A DNA stretch of 64,000 nucleotides from Candidatus Fervidifonticultor sextus (lineage in GTDB: Bacteria > Sysuimicrobiota > Sysuimicrobiia > Sysuimicrobiales > Humicultoraceae): contig JAVKHQ010000015.1 of NCBI GenBank assembly GCA_031459875.1, positions 1-64,000 of the forward strand. Reading direction: 5' to 3'. The translations under genes were made by a program, and so were the position numbers. Positions 11,579 to 20,031 of the stretch are shown here, piece after piece (positions within the stretch are counted from its first letter, which is position 1; each line of letters opens with the position of its first letter). Under the pieces are notes generated by a model. That model was not told the DNA's origin and did not search any database. It worked only from the letters and a program-made list of their open reading frames with translations.

Positions 11579-12625
11579 CTACGGCAGAACCTGGATAGCT
11601 GGCCCGTCCCGTGCGACGACCTCGCCGATTTGGGCGACCGTCTCGACTCCCCGCCGGCGCAGGGCGGCCTCCAGCGCATCGGCACGATCCGAAGCCGCCG
11701 CCATCAGCAGGCCCCCCGACGTCTGCGCGTCGGCCAGCAGGATGCGGGTGACCTCGTCGATCGCGGGAGCCCACGCGACCTTGTCGGCTAGCCACTCCAG
11801 ATTCCGTGCGGTCCCGCCGGCGACGGCCCCCTGAGCGGCCAGGTCCCGGGCACCGGGGAGCAGCGGGACGGCACCGGCCCACAGCCGCGCACCGACGCCG
11901 TTCGTCTCGACCATCTCGTGGAGGTGTCCCAGCAGTCCAAAACCGGTGATGTCGGTGGCCGCATGCACGCCGACCTCCAGCATCGCCTCTGAGGCCGCCC
12001 GGTTGAGGATGCTCATCACCCGCACCGCCTCCGCGGCGATCTCGGGGGGGGTCTTCTCCTGCTTGACCCCCGTGGTGATCACCCCGACCCCCAGCGGCTT
12101 CGTCAGGACCAGGGCGTCGCCGGGGCGGGCACCTGCCTTCGTGACGAACTTTCCGGGGTGCACCAGCCCGGTGACCGCCAGTCCGTACTTGGGCTCGGGG
12201 TCGTCGATGGTGTGCCCGCCGACGATCAGCACCCCTGCCTCCGCCGCTTTGTCGGCGCCGCCGCGGAGGATCTCCGTGAGGATCTCCAGCGGCAGCCTGC
12301 GGGGGAAGCCCGCAATGTTGAGCGCCAGCAGGGGCCGCCCGCCCTTGGCGTAGATGTCCGAGAAGGCGTTCGCCGCCGCGATGAGCCCGAACGGGTATGG
12401 GTCGTCCACAATCGGCGTGAAGACATCCACCGTCTGGACGAGGGCCACTTCCTCGCTCAGCCGGTAGACGGCCGCGTCGTCGGTCCCGACCCCGAGCAGC
12501 AGGTTCGGGTCGCTGGGTACTGGGAGCAGGCGCAGGACCTGCGCCAGTTCGCCGGGCGACAGCTTGGACGCTCAGCCGGCGCAGGCGACCATGGACGTCA
12601 GGCGGATGCGCTCACGGGCGGTCAC
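11579..12625 (-). CDS. selD: Selenide, water dikinase (selenophosphate synthetase), selenoprotein with in-frame UGA at codon 18
   Basis: SD GGAGGAGG then GTG at 12625: MTARERIRLTSMVACAG-UGA-ASKL..DDAAVY..QTVDVFTPIVDDPY..GGHT..TDITGFGLLGH..DAQTSGGLL; UGA at 12572-12574. Confidence 0.93.
12529..12545 (-). promoter_or_regulatory. Putative bacterial SECIS hairpin in selD
   Basis: mRNA GGCGCAG-GUC-CUGCGCC begins 27 nt after the UGA; apical sequence resembles the E. coli fdhF SECIS (GCAGGUCUGC). Confidence 0.55.
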
Positions 12626-12710
12626 GGGTCACCTCCTCCCAGCAGGGGCTACCGTCAAGTCTGACCTGGCAGGCCCACCCGGTGACACTCTTTCGGTATT
12701 ATAGCCTTAC

Positions 12711-13127
12711 ATGGGAGAGTACGAGGTCATCGACCATACGGCCGACGTCGGGATCACGGTGCGGGCCGCCTCCCTGAATGATCTCTTCGAGACCGCGGCG
12801 GAAGGGATGTTCAGCTTCATCGTGGATCCCACGTCGGTGGAGAACCGGGCGTGGCTGGAGCGCCGGGTGGAGGCCGACGACCTGCCGGGGCTGCTGGTGG
12901 CCTGGCTGAACGACCTCCTCAGCGTCCTCAGCGTCGAGTCGTTTGTCCCCAAGGTGTTCGTCGTGGACGAGGTGGGCGAGGGGCGCCTGCGGGCCACCGT
13001 CCACGGCGAGCCGACCGATCCGGCGCGGCACCGCTTCCGCCTCGATGTGAAGGCGGCGACCTACCATGGGCTGGAGGTCAGCGAGACTGACGGCCGGTGG
13101 GTGGCCCGGGTGATCTTCGATGTGTGA
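12711..13127 (+). CDS. Archease
   Basis: YEVIDHTADVG N-terminus, DVKAATYHGL, RVIFDV C-terminus. Confidence 0.92.
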   Translation: MGEYEVIDHTADVGITVRAASLNDLFETAAEGMFSFIVDPTSVENRAWLERRVEADDLPGLLVAWLNDLLSVLSVESFVPKVFVVDEVGEGRLRATVHGEPTDPARHRFRLDVKAATYHGLEVSETDGRWVARVIFDV

Positions 13128-14691
13128 GCGGGGGCCCCTCGCCGTCCCGTTGCGGATCATTGCGGCCTTCGCGGTGGCCGGATGCCTCATCGCCGATCCC
13201 GCGACCGCAGGTGCGCAGCCCGTCCGCGGCGGGGTGTTGCGGGTGGCGCACACCGGGGAGCCCCCGACGCTCGACCTGCACTGGACCACCGGCGCACCCA
13301 CGCAGGACGTGACGATCCACATCTACGAGGGGCTTTTTGCCCTGTCGGGCCGCTACGAACCGCGGCCCATGCTGGTGGACCGCTGGACGCTCTCGCCCGA
13401 CCGCCGTGTGTACAATTTCGTGCTTCGCCGCGGGATCCTGTTCCACCACGGTCGGGAGATGACCGCCGACGATGTGGTGGCCTCGCTGTGGCGGTGGGGG
13501 CAGACGGCCGCGCGCGGCCGCGAACTCTTCGGCCAGGTGGAGGGTCTGCTCGCCCTCGATTCCCATACCGTCCAACTGCGCCTGCGCGAGGCCAACGGCC
13601 TGGTGCCGCTGGCCCTGGCCATTCCCGGTCAGGGCGCGGTGATCTACCCGCGGGAAGTCATCGAGGAGGCCGGGGGCGGCCCGATCCGGCGCTTCATCGG
13701 TACCGGGCCGTACCGGTTTGTCGAGCATGTGCCGGATGTGCGGATCCGCCTCGAGCGCTTCGAGCGCTACCGGATGCGGGACGACCCGCCCGACGGACAG
13801 GCCGGGCGCCGCGAGCCGCTGCTCGATGCCATCGAGTTCCTCCCCGTGCCCGATGCGTCGGTCCGGATCGCCGGCGTGGTCAGGGGGGACTACCACTTTG
13901 CCCATTCCGTCCCCTCGGACGAGTACCCCAGGCTGCGGGCGATCCGGGAAGTCAGTCCGCTGGTCATCACAACCCCGCAGTGGGCAGGGTTCGTCTTCAA
14001 CCACCGGACGGGCCTGATGGCGACCAGGGCGCTGCGCCGGGCCGTCGTGGCCGCCCTCGACGAAGTCGCTGTGTTACGCGGGACCTACGGTCCCTCCCAG
14101 TTCTGGCGGGCCACCCCGTCGTTCTTCCCGCCCGAGCACCCGATGTGGACCGAGGCCGGCGCGGCCATCTACCGCCAGCACGATGCGGCGCTCGCCCGGC
14201 GGCTGCTGGGCGAGGCCGGCTACCGCGGCCAGCCCGTCCGGTGGATGGTCAGCAGCGAGATGCCGCATCATCTGACGGCGGCGACGATCGCCAGGTCCCA
14301 GCTGGAAGCGGTCGGGTTGGCCGTCGATCTCCAGGTGATGGACTGGGCGACGCTGGTCAGCCGGCGCAGCCGCCCCGAGGGGTGGGATGTGTTCACCACG
14401 ACCTTCGGGTTCGTCCCCGACCCGGTCTTCCTGCTCCCGCTCTCGCCGGCATGGCCCGGATGGTACCAGGACCGCGAGATGCAGGCGCTGGTCAGGCTGC
14501 TCTGGCGGCATACCGACCCGTCGGTGCGCCGAGGGATCTGGGCGCGGGCGCAGCAGCGGTTCTATGAGGAGGCGGTTGCCGTGCGGCTGGGCGACTGGTT
14601 TCCGCTGCTGCTCCACCGGGCCGAACTCCGGGGTGTCGTCGGTGGCCCCGGGACCTTCCACTGGAATGTCTGGATCGCGCGCACGCCGTAG
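13120..14691 (+). CDS. ABC transporter substrate-binding protein, family 5 (peptide/nickel)
   Basis: Signal region, EPPTLD, IYEGLF, FHHGREMTADDVVASL, IGTGPYRF; no permease genes adjacent. Confidence 0.88.
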   Translation: MCERGPLAVPLRIIAAFAVAGCLIADPATAGAQPVRGGVLRVAHTGEPPTLDLHWTTGAPTQDVTIHIYEGLFALSGRYEPRPMLVDRWTLSPDRRVYNFVLRRGILFHHGREMTADDVVASLWRWGQTAARGRELFGQVEGLLALDSHTVQLRLREANGLVPLALAIPGQGAVIYPREVIEEAGGGPIRRFIGTGPYRFVEHVPDVRIRLERFERYRMRDDPPDGQAGRREPLLDAIEFLPVPDASVRIAGVVRGDYHFAHSVPSDEYPRLRAIREVSPLVITTPQWAGFVFNHRTGLMATRALRRAVVAALDEVAVLRGTYGPSQFWRATPSFFPPEHPMWTEAGAAIYRQHDAALARRLLGEAGYRGQPVRWMVSSEMPHHLTAATIARSQLEAVGLAVDLQVMDWATLVSRRSRPEGWDVFTTTFGFVPDPVFLLPLSPAWPGWYQDREMQALVRLLWRHTDPSVRRGIWARAQQRFYEEAVAVRLGDWFPLLLHRAELRGVVGGPGTFHWNVWIARTP

Positions 14692-14784
14692 CCGTCCCCA
14701 GGGCGACCCGCCGTGGCTGGCGCCGCTGGTCTTCCTCAGGCTCAGGCTGGTCGGATGCCGGCCCGTGCGGACGGGGTGAGGGAC

Positions 14785-15525
14785 ATGGCACAGGTGAAGG
14801 TGCAGACGCGGGGCGGCCGGCCCGAGCGCGATCTCTTCGTCTTCTACGCGCACCACGAGTGCCGGGTGCTGACCGAATCGGTGATGGAACACCTCCCGGG
14901 TCCCCCCGCCCGCGGCCGGGTGGTCCGCGTCCCGCGCGGTGAGTTGGTCTACGCGATGGGGGATCCCACCGGCGTCGTCTTCTTCCTCCGCCGCGGCCGT
15001 GTCGCCATCAGCGTCCTGTCTCCGGCCGGCCGCGAGCAGCGCTTGCAGGTCGTGGAGCCCGGCGAGATGTTCGGCGAACTCTGCTTCTGCAATGTCCGCG
15101 CCCGGCAGGACCAAGCCACGGCCCTGGCGGACTGCGAGGTCGTTGCGATGCGGATGGACGACCTGCTGGCCGCCCTCATGGCCACGCCCGAGGGCACAGC
15201 GGCGGTGCTGGGGACCCTGTGCGCGCGGCTTGCCGATGCCCAGGCGCTAATCCAGCGCCTGGCGTTCCACACGGTGCCGCAACGGATCGGTCTCCTGTTG
15301 TTGGGTCTGGCGAAGGCGCAGGCCCCGGGCCGGGACGGCGGCCGCCTCATCCCTCGCCCGCCGACCCACGAGGAGATCGCGCACTCGGTGAGCGCATCGC
15401 GGGAACTCGTCTCGACCACGCTCTCGGGCTTCAGGCGCCTGGGCCTGGTGCGCTACCGGCGTCGGAGTGCCATGGTGGTCTTCCCCGACGCCCTGGCCAG
15501 GCACCTCGGGCTCGGGGGTTCGTAA
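14785..15525 (+). CDS. Crp/Fnr family transcriptional regulator
   Basis: cNMP-type domain (PGEMFGELCF..R) and HTH THEEIAHSVSASRELVS; ATG preceded by GAGGG. Confidence 0.88.
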   Translation: MAQVKVQTRGGRPERDLFVFYAHHECRVLTESVMEHLPGPPARGRVVRVPRGELVYAMGDPTGVVFFLRRGRVAISVLSPAGREQRLQVVEPGEMFGELCFCNVRARQDQATALADCEVVAMRMDDLLAALMATPEGTAAVLGTLCARLADAQALIQRLAFHTVPQRIGLLLLGLAKAQAPGRDGGRLIPRPPTHEEIAHSVSASRELVSTTLSGFRRLGLVRYRRRSAMVVFPDALARHLGLGGS

Positions 15526-15563
15526 AGAACTTCACATTGTCCCTGCGGCCCGGTTCCTATCCT
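15521..15563 (+). promoter_or_regulatory. Putative class II CRP-type promoter (CRP-like box plus -10 element)
   Basis: CGTAA-N6-TCACA at 15521-15536 and TATCCT at 15558-15563; box centre about -41.5 from a predicted TSS near 15570. Confidence 0.55.
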
Positions 15564-15594
15564 GGGATCAGAATTGACTCGGGGAGGGATCGAC

Positions 15595-15807
15595 ATGAAG
15601 GCCAACGTGGGACCGGTTGATCGCGCAGTCCGTGTTGTGCTGGGATTCGTCTTCGCCTATGTGGCGTTCGTGGTCGCGGGCCTGTGGGCGTGGGTCGCCG
15701 GGGTCGCCGCTGCCATCATGCTCGCGACGGCGGCGGTCGGCTTCTGCCCGCTGTACGCGCTGTTCGGGATCACCACCTGCCCGGTGAAGGCGCAGACGCA
15801 GCGGTAG
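15595..15807 (+). CDS. DUF2892 (YgaP-like) small membrane protein
   Basis: NVG..DR.VR..LG..GFCPLYALFGITTC; SD GGAGG. Confidence 0.88.
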   Translation: MKANVGPVDRAVRVVLGFVFAYVAFVVAGLWAWVAGVAAAIMLATAAVGFCPLYALFGITTCPVKAQTQR

Positions 15808-16380
15808 ACGCCGACACCTTCTGAAACGCGACCCCCGACCGTGTCAGGCACGGGGGATCGGCCAGCATGTTCCTGGCGGCGGCTTCGTTGGCCAGGCGGA
15901 AGAGCTCGGCCGGCGGGAGCCGCCGCGTCCGGTCATTGTACTCGATGTAGCCGAAGAAGTACCGCGACCAGAAGAACGACGTGATGTCTACCTTCAGGGC
16001 GTGCGAGAGGGTGCCCATGACCTCCACGAACCCTTCGTCCAGCGGTTCCCAGAAGCCGAAGACGTCGCGGGCGAACAGGTCGGCCGCCGCGGCGATGTTC
16101 CCGGTCAGTTCCGAATTCCGGCACTTGTAGAGCCATGATTCGCCGATGACCACCCTCTTGCCGGATCCCCGGGCAATCTCGGCGATCCGGAACACCCGGT
16201 CGGCGACGTAATCCCGGTTGACCGGATAGATGTGGGCGTCCAGGTAGTCGAGGGACGTATGCTGCGCCAGGCTCCGGAAGTAGGCCAGGTCATCCCAGGA
16301 ACCCGCGCCCGCGCCGATGCGCACCCCGCGCCGGTCCAGGCCGTTGGTGACGAACTGCGCGACCTCGGTGAAGGCCTGCT
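15770..16380 (-). pseudogene. 5'-truncated fragment of a glycoside-hydrolase-like TIM-barrel protein
   Basis: Protein-like frame (IGAGAGSW, LDYLDAHIYP, KRVVIGESWLYK, SFFWSRYFFGY) with no credible start or RBS; its upstream part runs into the cyclase promoter. Confidence 0.5.
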
Positions 16381-16461
16381 CCGGCGGTCCGTTGAGCGAA
16401 GCATGGTGGCCCGTGGTAGCTCTTGGCGATCTCCCCGGCGGGATGCTACGCTCGTACCCTA

Positions 16462-19400
16462 ATGATCCGGTGCCCCAACTGCGGGAGTGAGAACCCATCC
16501 GGCGCGCAGTTCTGCATGCGCTGCGGGACGGCTCTCCAGCGCCGCTGTCCCGCTTGCGGCGCCCAGAATCCGCCGGGCGCGCACTTCTGCCTCCAGTGCG
16601 GGAGGCCGCTACTGGCGGCGCCGACCGCCGAGCGGCGCGTCGTCAGCGTGCTGTTTGCCGATCTGGTGGCCTCGACGCCGCTCGCCGTCCGCCTGGATCC
16701 CGAGCCGGTCCGGGAGATCCTGACCGACTACTTCACGGCCATGCGCGAGGAGGTCGAACGGTACGGCGGCGTGGTGGAGAAGTTCATCGGCGACGCCGTG
16801 ATGGCCGTGTTCGGCCTGCCGGGTGCGCACGAGGACGATCCCCAGCGGGCGATCCGTGCGGCGCTGGCCATGCGCCAGCGGATGGGGCAGCTGAATGCCC
16901 GGCTGCGCGCGGACCTGCGCGTCCGCATCGGGATCAGTACCGGGGAGGTCATCGCCGATCCGGCGGCCGTGGGGGCCGGAGAGTTCATGGTGACGGGTGA
17001 GGCCGTCAATCTGGCCGCGCGGTTGCAGCAGCATGCGGCCCCCGACGCGGTGGTGATCGACGAGCGGACCTGCGAGGCCTCCTGGGGCATGGTGCAGTGC
17101 CAGCCGCTGGAGACACCGCGCGACGGCGACTTCGCCGGACGTCCGCGTTGGATGGTCCTGGGGATCGCTGACCGTCGAGCGGCCAAGCGGCTGCGCGCGC
17201 CGCTGCTGGGCCGGGAGGGCGAGATGCAGTTCCTACACGCCCTCTACCGCCGTGCGGTGGAGAGCCGGCGGCCGCACCTGGTGACGGTGATCGGGCCGGC
17301 GGGCGTCGGCAAGAGCCGGCTCGCCGAGGAGTTTCTCGGGGCGCGGCGCGACGAGGCGGACGGCCCGCAGGTCCTGCGCGGGCGGTGCCTTGCCTACGGC
17401 GAGGGACTCACCTACTGGCCGCTGGCGGAGATGCTGAAACAGGAGTGCGGGATTAAGGACAATGATCCCGCCGACGTGGTCACGTCGAAACTCCGCGACG
17501 GCGTGCGCCGCGCGGGGGTGACAGGCGAGGACGAACGCGAAATGGTCGCGGCCGCGCTGGCCCCACTGCTGGGCGTGGAGATCGCCGTGCGCGCCGACCT
17601 GGGGACCGAGCGGCTGCAGGGGCTGCGGCGCTCGGTCGAAGGGCGCGCGACCGTCCTCGAGCCTCCGGGGGCGCTGGCCGGCGCGTTCGGCCCCGACGAC
17701 GCGCTGCCGCGGGCCCTGCGCACCTTCCTGGCGGCCAAGGGGTCGCGCCGCCCGCTGGTCCTGGTGGTGGAGGACCTGCACTGGGCCGAGCAGAGCCTGC
17801 TGGGCCTGCTCGAGCACCTGGCGATCCGCATCACCGATGCGCCGATGCTGCTTTTGTGCCTGACCCGCCCCGAACTGCTGGAGCGCCATCCGCATTGGGG
17901 CAGCCGGGTGCGGAACTACACGGCGGTGTCCCTGGCGCCCCTCTCCGGGGAGTTGAGCCGGCGGCTGATCGCCAACCTCCTGCGCAACGAAACCGTACCC
18001 GGCGACGTGCGCGAGGCCATCCTGGCCCGGGCCGAGGGCAACCCGTTCTTCATCGAGGAGATCCTGCGCATGATGATCGACGGGGGTGGCCTGGTCCGTG
18101 ACGAGCAGGGATGGCGCTGGGCCTCGCACCCGCACGAGGTGCGACTCCCGGACACCATCCACGGCATCCTGGCGTCCCGACTCGACCTGCTGTCGGCTCT
18201 GGAGAAGCGCGTCGTGCAGGACGCTTCGGTGATGGGGCGGGTGTTCTGGATGGGGCCGCTGATCGCCACCAGCAGCCTCCATGCGGCGGAAGTCACCACC
18301 GCCCTCGACAGGCTGCAGGAGCGGGAGGTCGTGGACGAACGGCCGACTTCGTCCGTCTTTGGCGAGCGCGAGTTCGCCTTCCGACACGCTCTGATCCGCG
18401 AGGTCGCCTACGCCTCGCTCCCCAAGAGCGAGCGGAGCCTCAAGCACATCCGCTTCGCGGAGTGGCTGGAGTCCGCCGCCGGGGACGATGAGGAGTTACT
18501 GCCGGTCCTGGCCCATCACGGCGAGCAGGCCTGGCGATACAAGTTTGAGAACGGCGAGCAGGACGAGGCTCTCGCCCGCAAGGCGATCAACATGTTCCGC
18601 AGGGCCGGACGGCGGGCCAGCCGGTTGCGGACCCTGCCCGAAGCTTTGCGTCTCTTCGAGCGGGCGCTCTCCGTGCTGCACAACGCGGGACTGGCCGGCG
18701 ACGTGTCGCTGCTGCTCGAGGTGCTGACCGAGCGGTCCGAGGTGGCCAAGTGGATGAATGTCCCCGACGTGGTCGTCGCGGACACCGAGACCGTCATGCG
18801 TCTCGCTTTGGCCGTCGGACGGCAGGACCTGATCGCACGCGCCTGGCTGAACCGCGCCTTTGCCGAGTACGCGCGCAACCGCCTGGAGCCCGCAGAGGAC
18901 GCCATCGGTCGGGCGCTCGCGCTGTTCGGAAACCTGCAGGACCGGGGGGGCGAAGCCGAGGCGCTGGAGGTCATGGGCTTCATCATGGAGGACCTGCGCG
19001 GAGCGCTCACCAAGGCGCACACCGCCTACCGGAAGGCGTTCGACCTCTACAGGACCATGAACGATGGTCAGGGGATGGCGCGGACGCTGGCCCGACTCGG
19101 CCGGGTCCTGCTGGATCACGGGAATCTGGCCGGGAGTCGGGAAGCGCTGTCGGAGGCGATCCGGCTGTCCCGGGCGCACCACGAGCGTCTCAGCGAGGCG
19201 AACGCCGTGACCGGCCTGGCTGTCCTCGCCCACCTGACCGGCGACGACGCGGAGGCAGAGCGTCGCTTCCAGGAGGCGATTGCCCTCAGGCACGAACTCG
19301 GCGACCTGCTCGCCGAAGCCTACACGCGCCACCGGCTGGCGATGCACTACCTGCGCGTCGGCCGGCTCGACGACGCGGAGCGCGAGTTCAACAGGGCGCA

Positions 19401-19824
19401 GGCGCTGCGGCGTGAGCACGGCGCGACGGGGGAGTCGGCCCTCATTCTCCGGGGGCTGGCCGAGATCTCGCTGGCCAGGGGCGACCTCCTGGCCGCAGCC
19501 GAACTGGCGGAGCAGGCGCTGGGGCTGCTCACGGAGACCGACCCCATCTCCCAGGCCACGCACCGGGCGACGCTGGGACGGATCCGCGCCGCCCAGGGCC
19601 GCCGGGACGAGGCCGAGGCGTTGTTCCGGCGGAGCCTGGAGGTCCTTGAGCGTGCGGAATTTCGGATCGACCTGGCCCTGGCGCTGTTGCGGTACGGCGA
19701 GGCGCTGCAGTGGCTCGGCGAGGCAGACCGGGCGCGGGCGATCTTCGAACGGGCCCGGGGCCTCTTTGCCGAGATGGGGGCCGCCCGGTTCGTACGCGAG
19801 CTCGATGTGCGGCTGGCGCATTGA
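16462..19824 (+). CDS. Double zinc ribbon - class III adenylate cyclase - AAA/STAND ATPase - TPR protein
   Basis: CPNC/CMRC/CPAC/CLQC, VLFADL, EKFIGDAVMA, VNLAARLQ, GPAGVGKS, VVEDLHWA, AEGNPFFIEE, C-terminal TPRs. Confidence 0.92.
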   Translation: MIRCPNCGSENPSGAQFCMRCGTALQRRCPACGAQNPPGAHFCLQCGRPLLAAPTAERRVVSVLFADLVASTPLAVRLDPEPVREILTDYFTAMREEVERYGGVVEKFIGDAVMAVFGLPGAHEDDPQRAIRAALAMRQRMGQLNARLRADLRVRIGISTGEVIADPAAVGAGEFMVTGEAVNLAARLQQHAAPDAVVIDERTCEASWGMVQCQPLETPRDGDFAGRPRWMVLGIADRRAAKRLRAPLLGREGEMQFLHALYRRAVESRRPHLVTVIGPAGVGKSRLAEEFLGARRDEADGPQVLRGRCLAYGEGLTYWPLAEMLKQECGIKDNDPADVVTSKLRDGVRRAGVTGEDEREMVAAALAPLLGVEIAVRADLGTERLQGLRRSVEGRATVLEPPGALAGAFGPDDALPRALRTFLAAKGSRRPLVLVVEDLHWAEQSLLGLLEHLAIRITDAPMLLLCLTRPELLERHPHWGSRVRNYTAVSLAPLSGELSRRLIANLLRNETVPGDVREAILARAEGNPFFIEEILRMMIDGGGLVRDEQGWRWASHPHEVRLPDTIHGILASRLDLLSALEKRVVQDASVMGRVFWMGPLIATSSLHAAEVTTALDRLQEREVVDERPTSSVFGEREFAFRHALIREVAYASLPKSERSLKHIRFAEWLESAAGDDEELLPVLAHHGEQAWRYKFENGEQDEALARKAINMFRRAGRRASRLRTLPEALRLFERALSVLHNAGLAGDVSLLLEVLTERSEVAKWMNVPDVVVADTETVMRLALAVGRQDLIARAWLNRAFAEYARNRLEPAEDAIGRALALFGNLQDRGGEAEALEVMGFIMEDLRGALTKAHTAYRKAFDLYRTMNDGQGMARTLARLGRVLLDHGNLAGSREALSEAIRLSRAHHERLSEANAVTGLAVLAHLTGDDAEAERRFQEAIALRHELGDLLAEAYTRHRLAMHYLRVGRLDDAEREFNRAQALRREHGATGESALILRGLAEISLARGDLLAAAELAEQALGLLTETDPISQATHRATLGRIRAAQGRRDEAEALFRRSLEVLERAEFRIDLALALLRYGEALQWLGEADRARAIFERARGLFAEMGAARFVRELDVRLAH

Positions 19825-19849
19825 AAGGCGGTCGGGCTGACAGGCGAGG

Positions 19850-19878
19850 TTGACAGGTCGCCGCAGCGGTGGTATAAA
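19850..19878 (+). promoter_or_regulatory. Sigma70-type promoter of amtB-glnK
   Basis: TTGACA-N17-TATAAA with extended -10 TG. Confidence 0.8.
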
Positions 19879-19880
19879 AA

Positions 19881-19982
19881 GCGTCAATTAGAATAGACGC
19901 GGGCCGGGAAGCCTCCGAGGATGGGGGCTTTTTCGTTGCAGGTCCGCCGGGGCCAGGACGCCTCCACAGAGGCGTCCTTTCG
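19881..19982 (+). promoter_or_regulatory. amtB leader with two terminators, each overlapped by an ANTAR-like hexaloop hairpin
   Basis: Direct repeat GGGCCRGGAMGCCTCC at 19901 and 19950; terminators AAGCCTCC/GGGGGCTT-TTT and AGGACGCCTC/GAGGCGTCCT-TT. Confidence 0.6.
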
Positions 19983-20031
19983 CGTTTGCTGGAGTCCGGT
20001 CCGCAGTCTGGACGGCGGGAGGAGAGGGACG

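Noticed and set aside
12572..12574. selD as a nonsense pseudogene
   Set aside because: The stop is UGA exactly at the known Sec/Cys catalytic position, with a downstream hairpin.
19921..20031. N-terminal extension of AmtB from ATG 19921
   Set aside because: Runs through the terminator hairpins; ATG 20032 has a strong SD and matches the Amt N-terminus.
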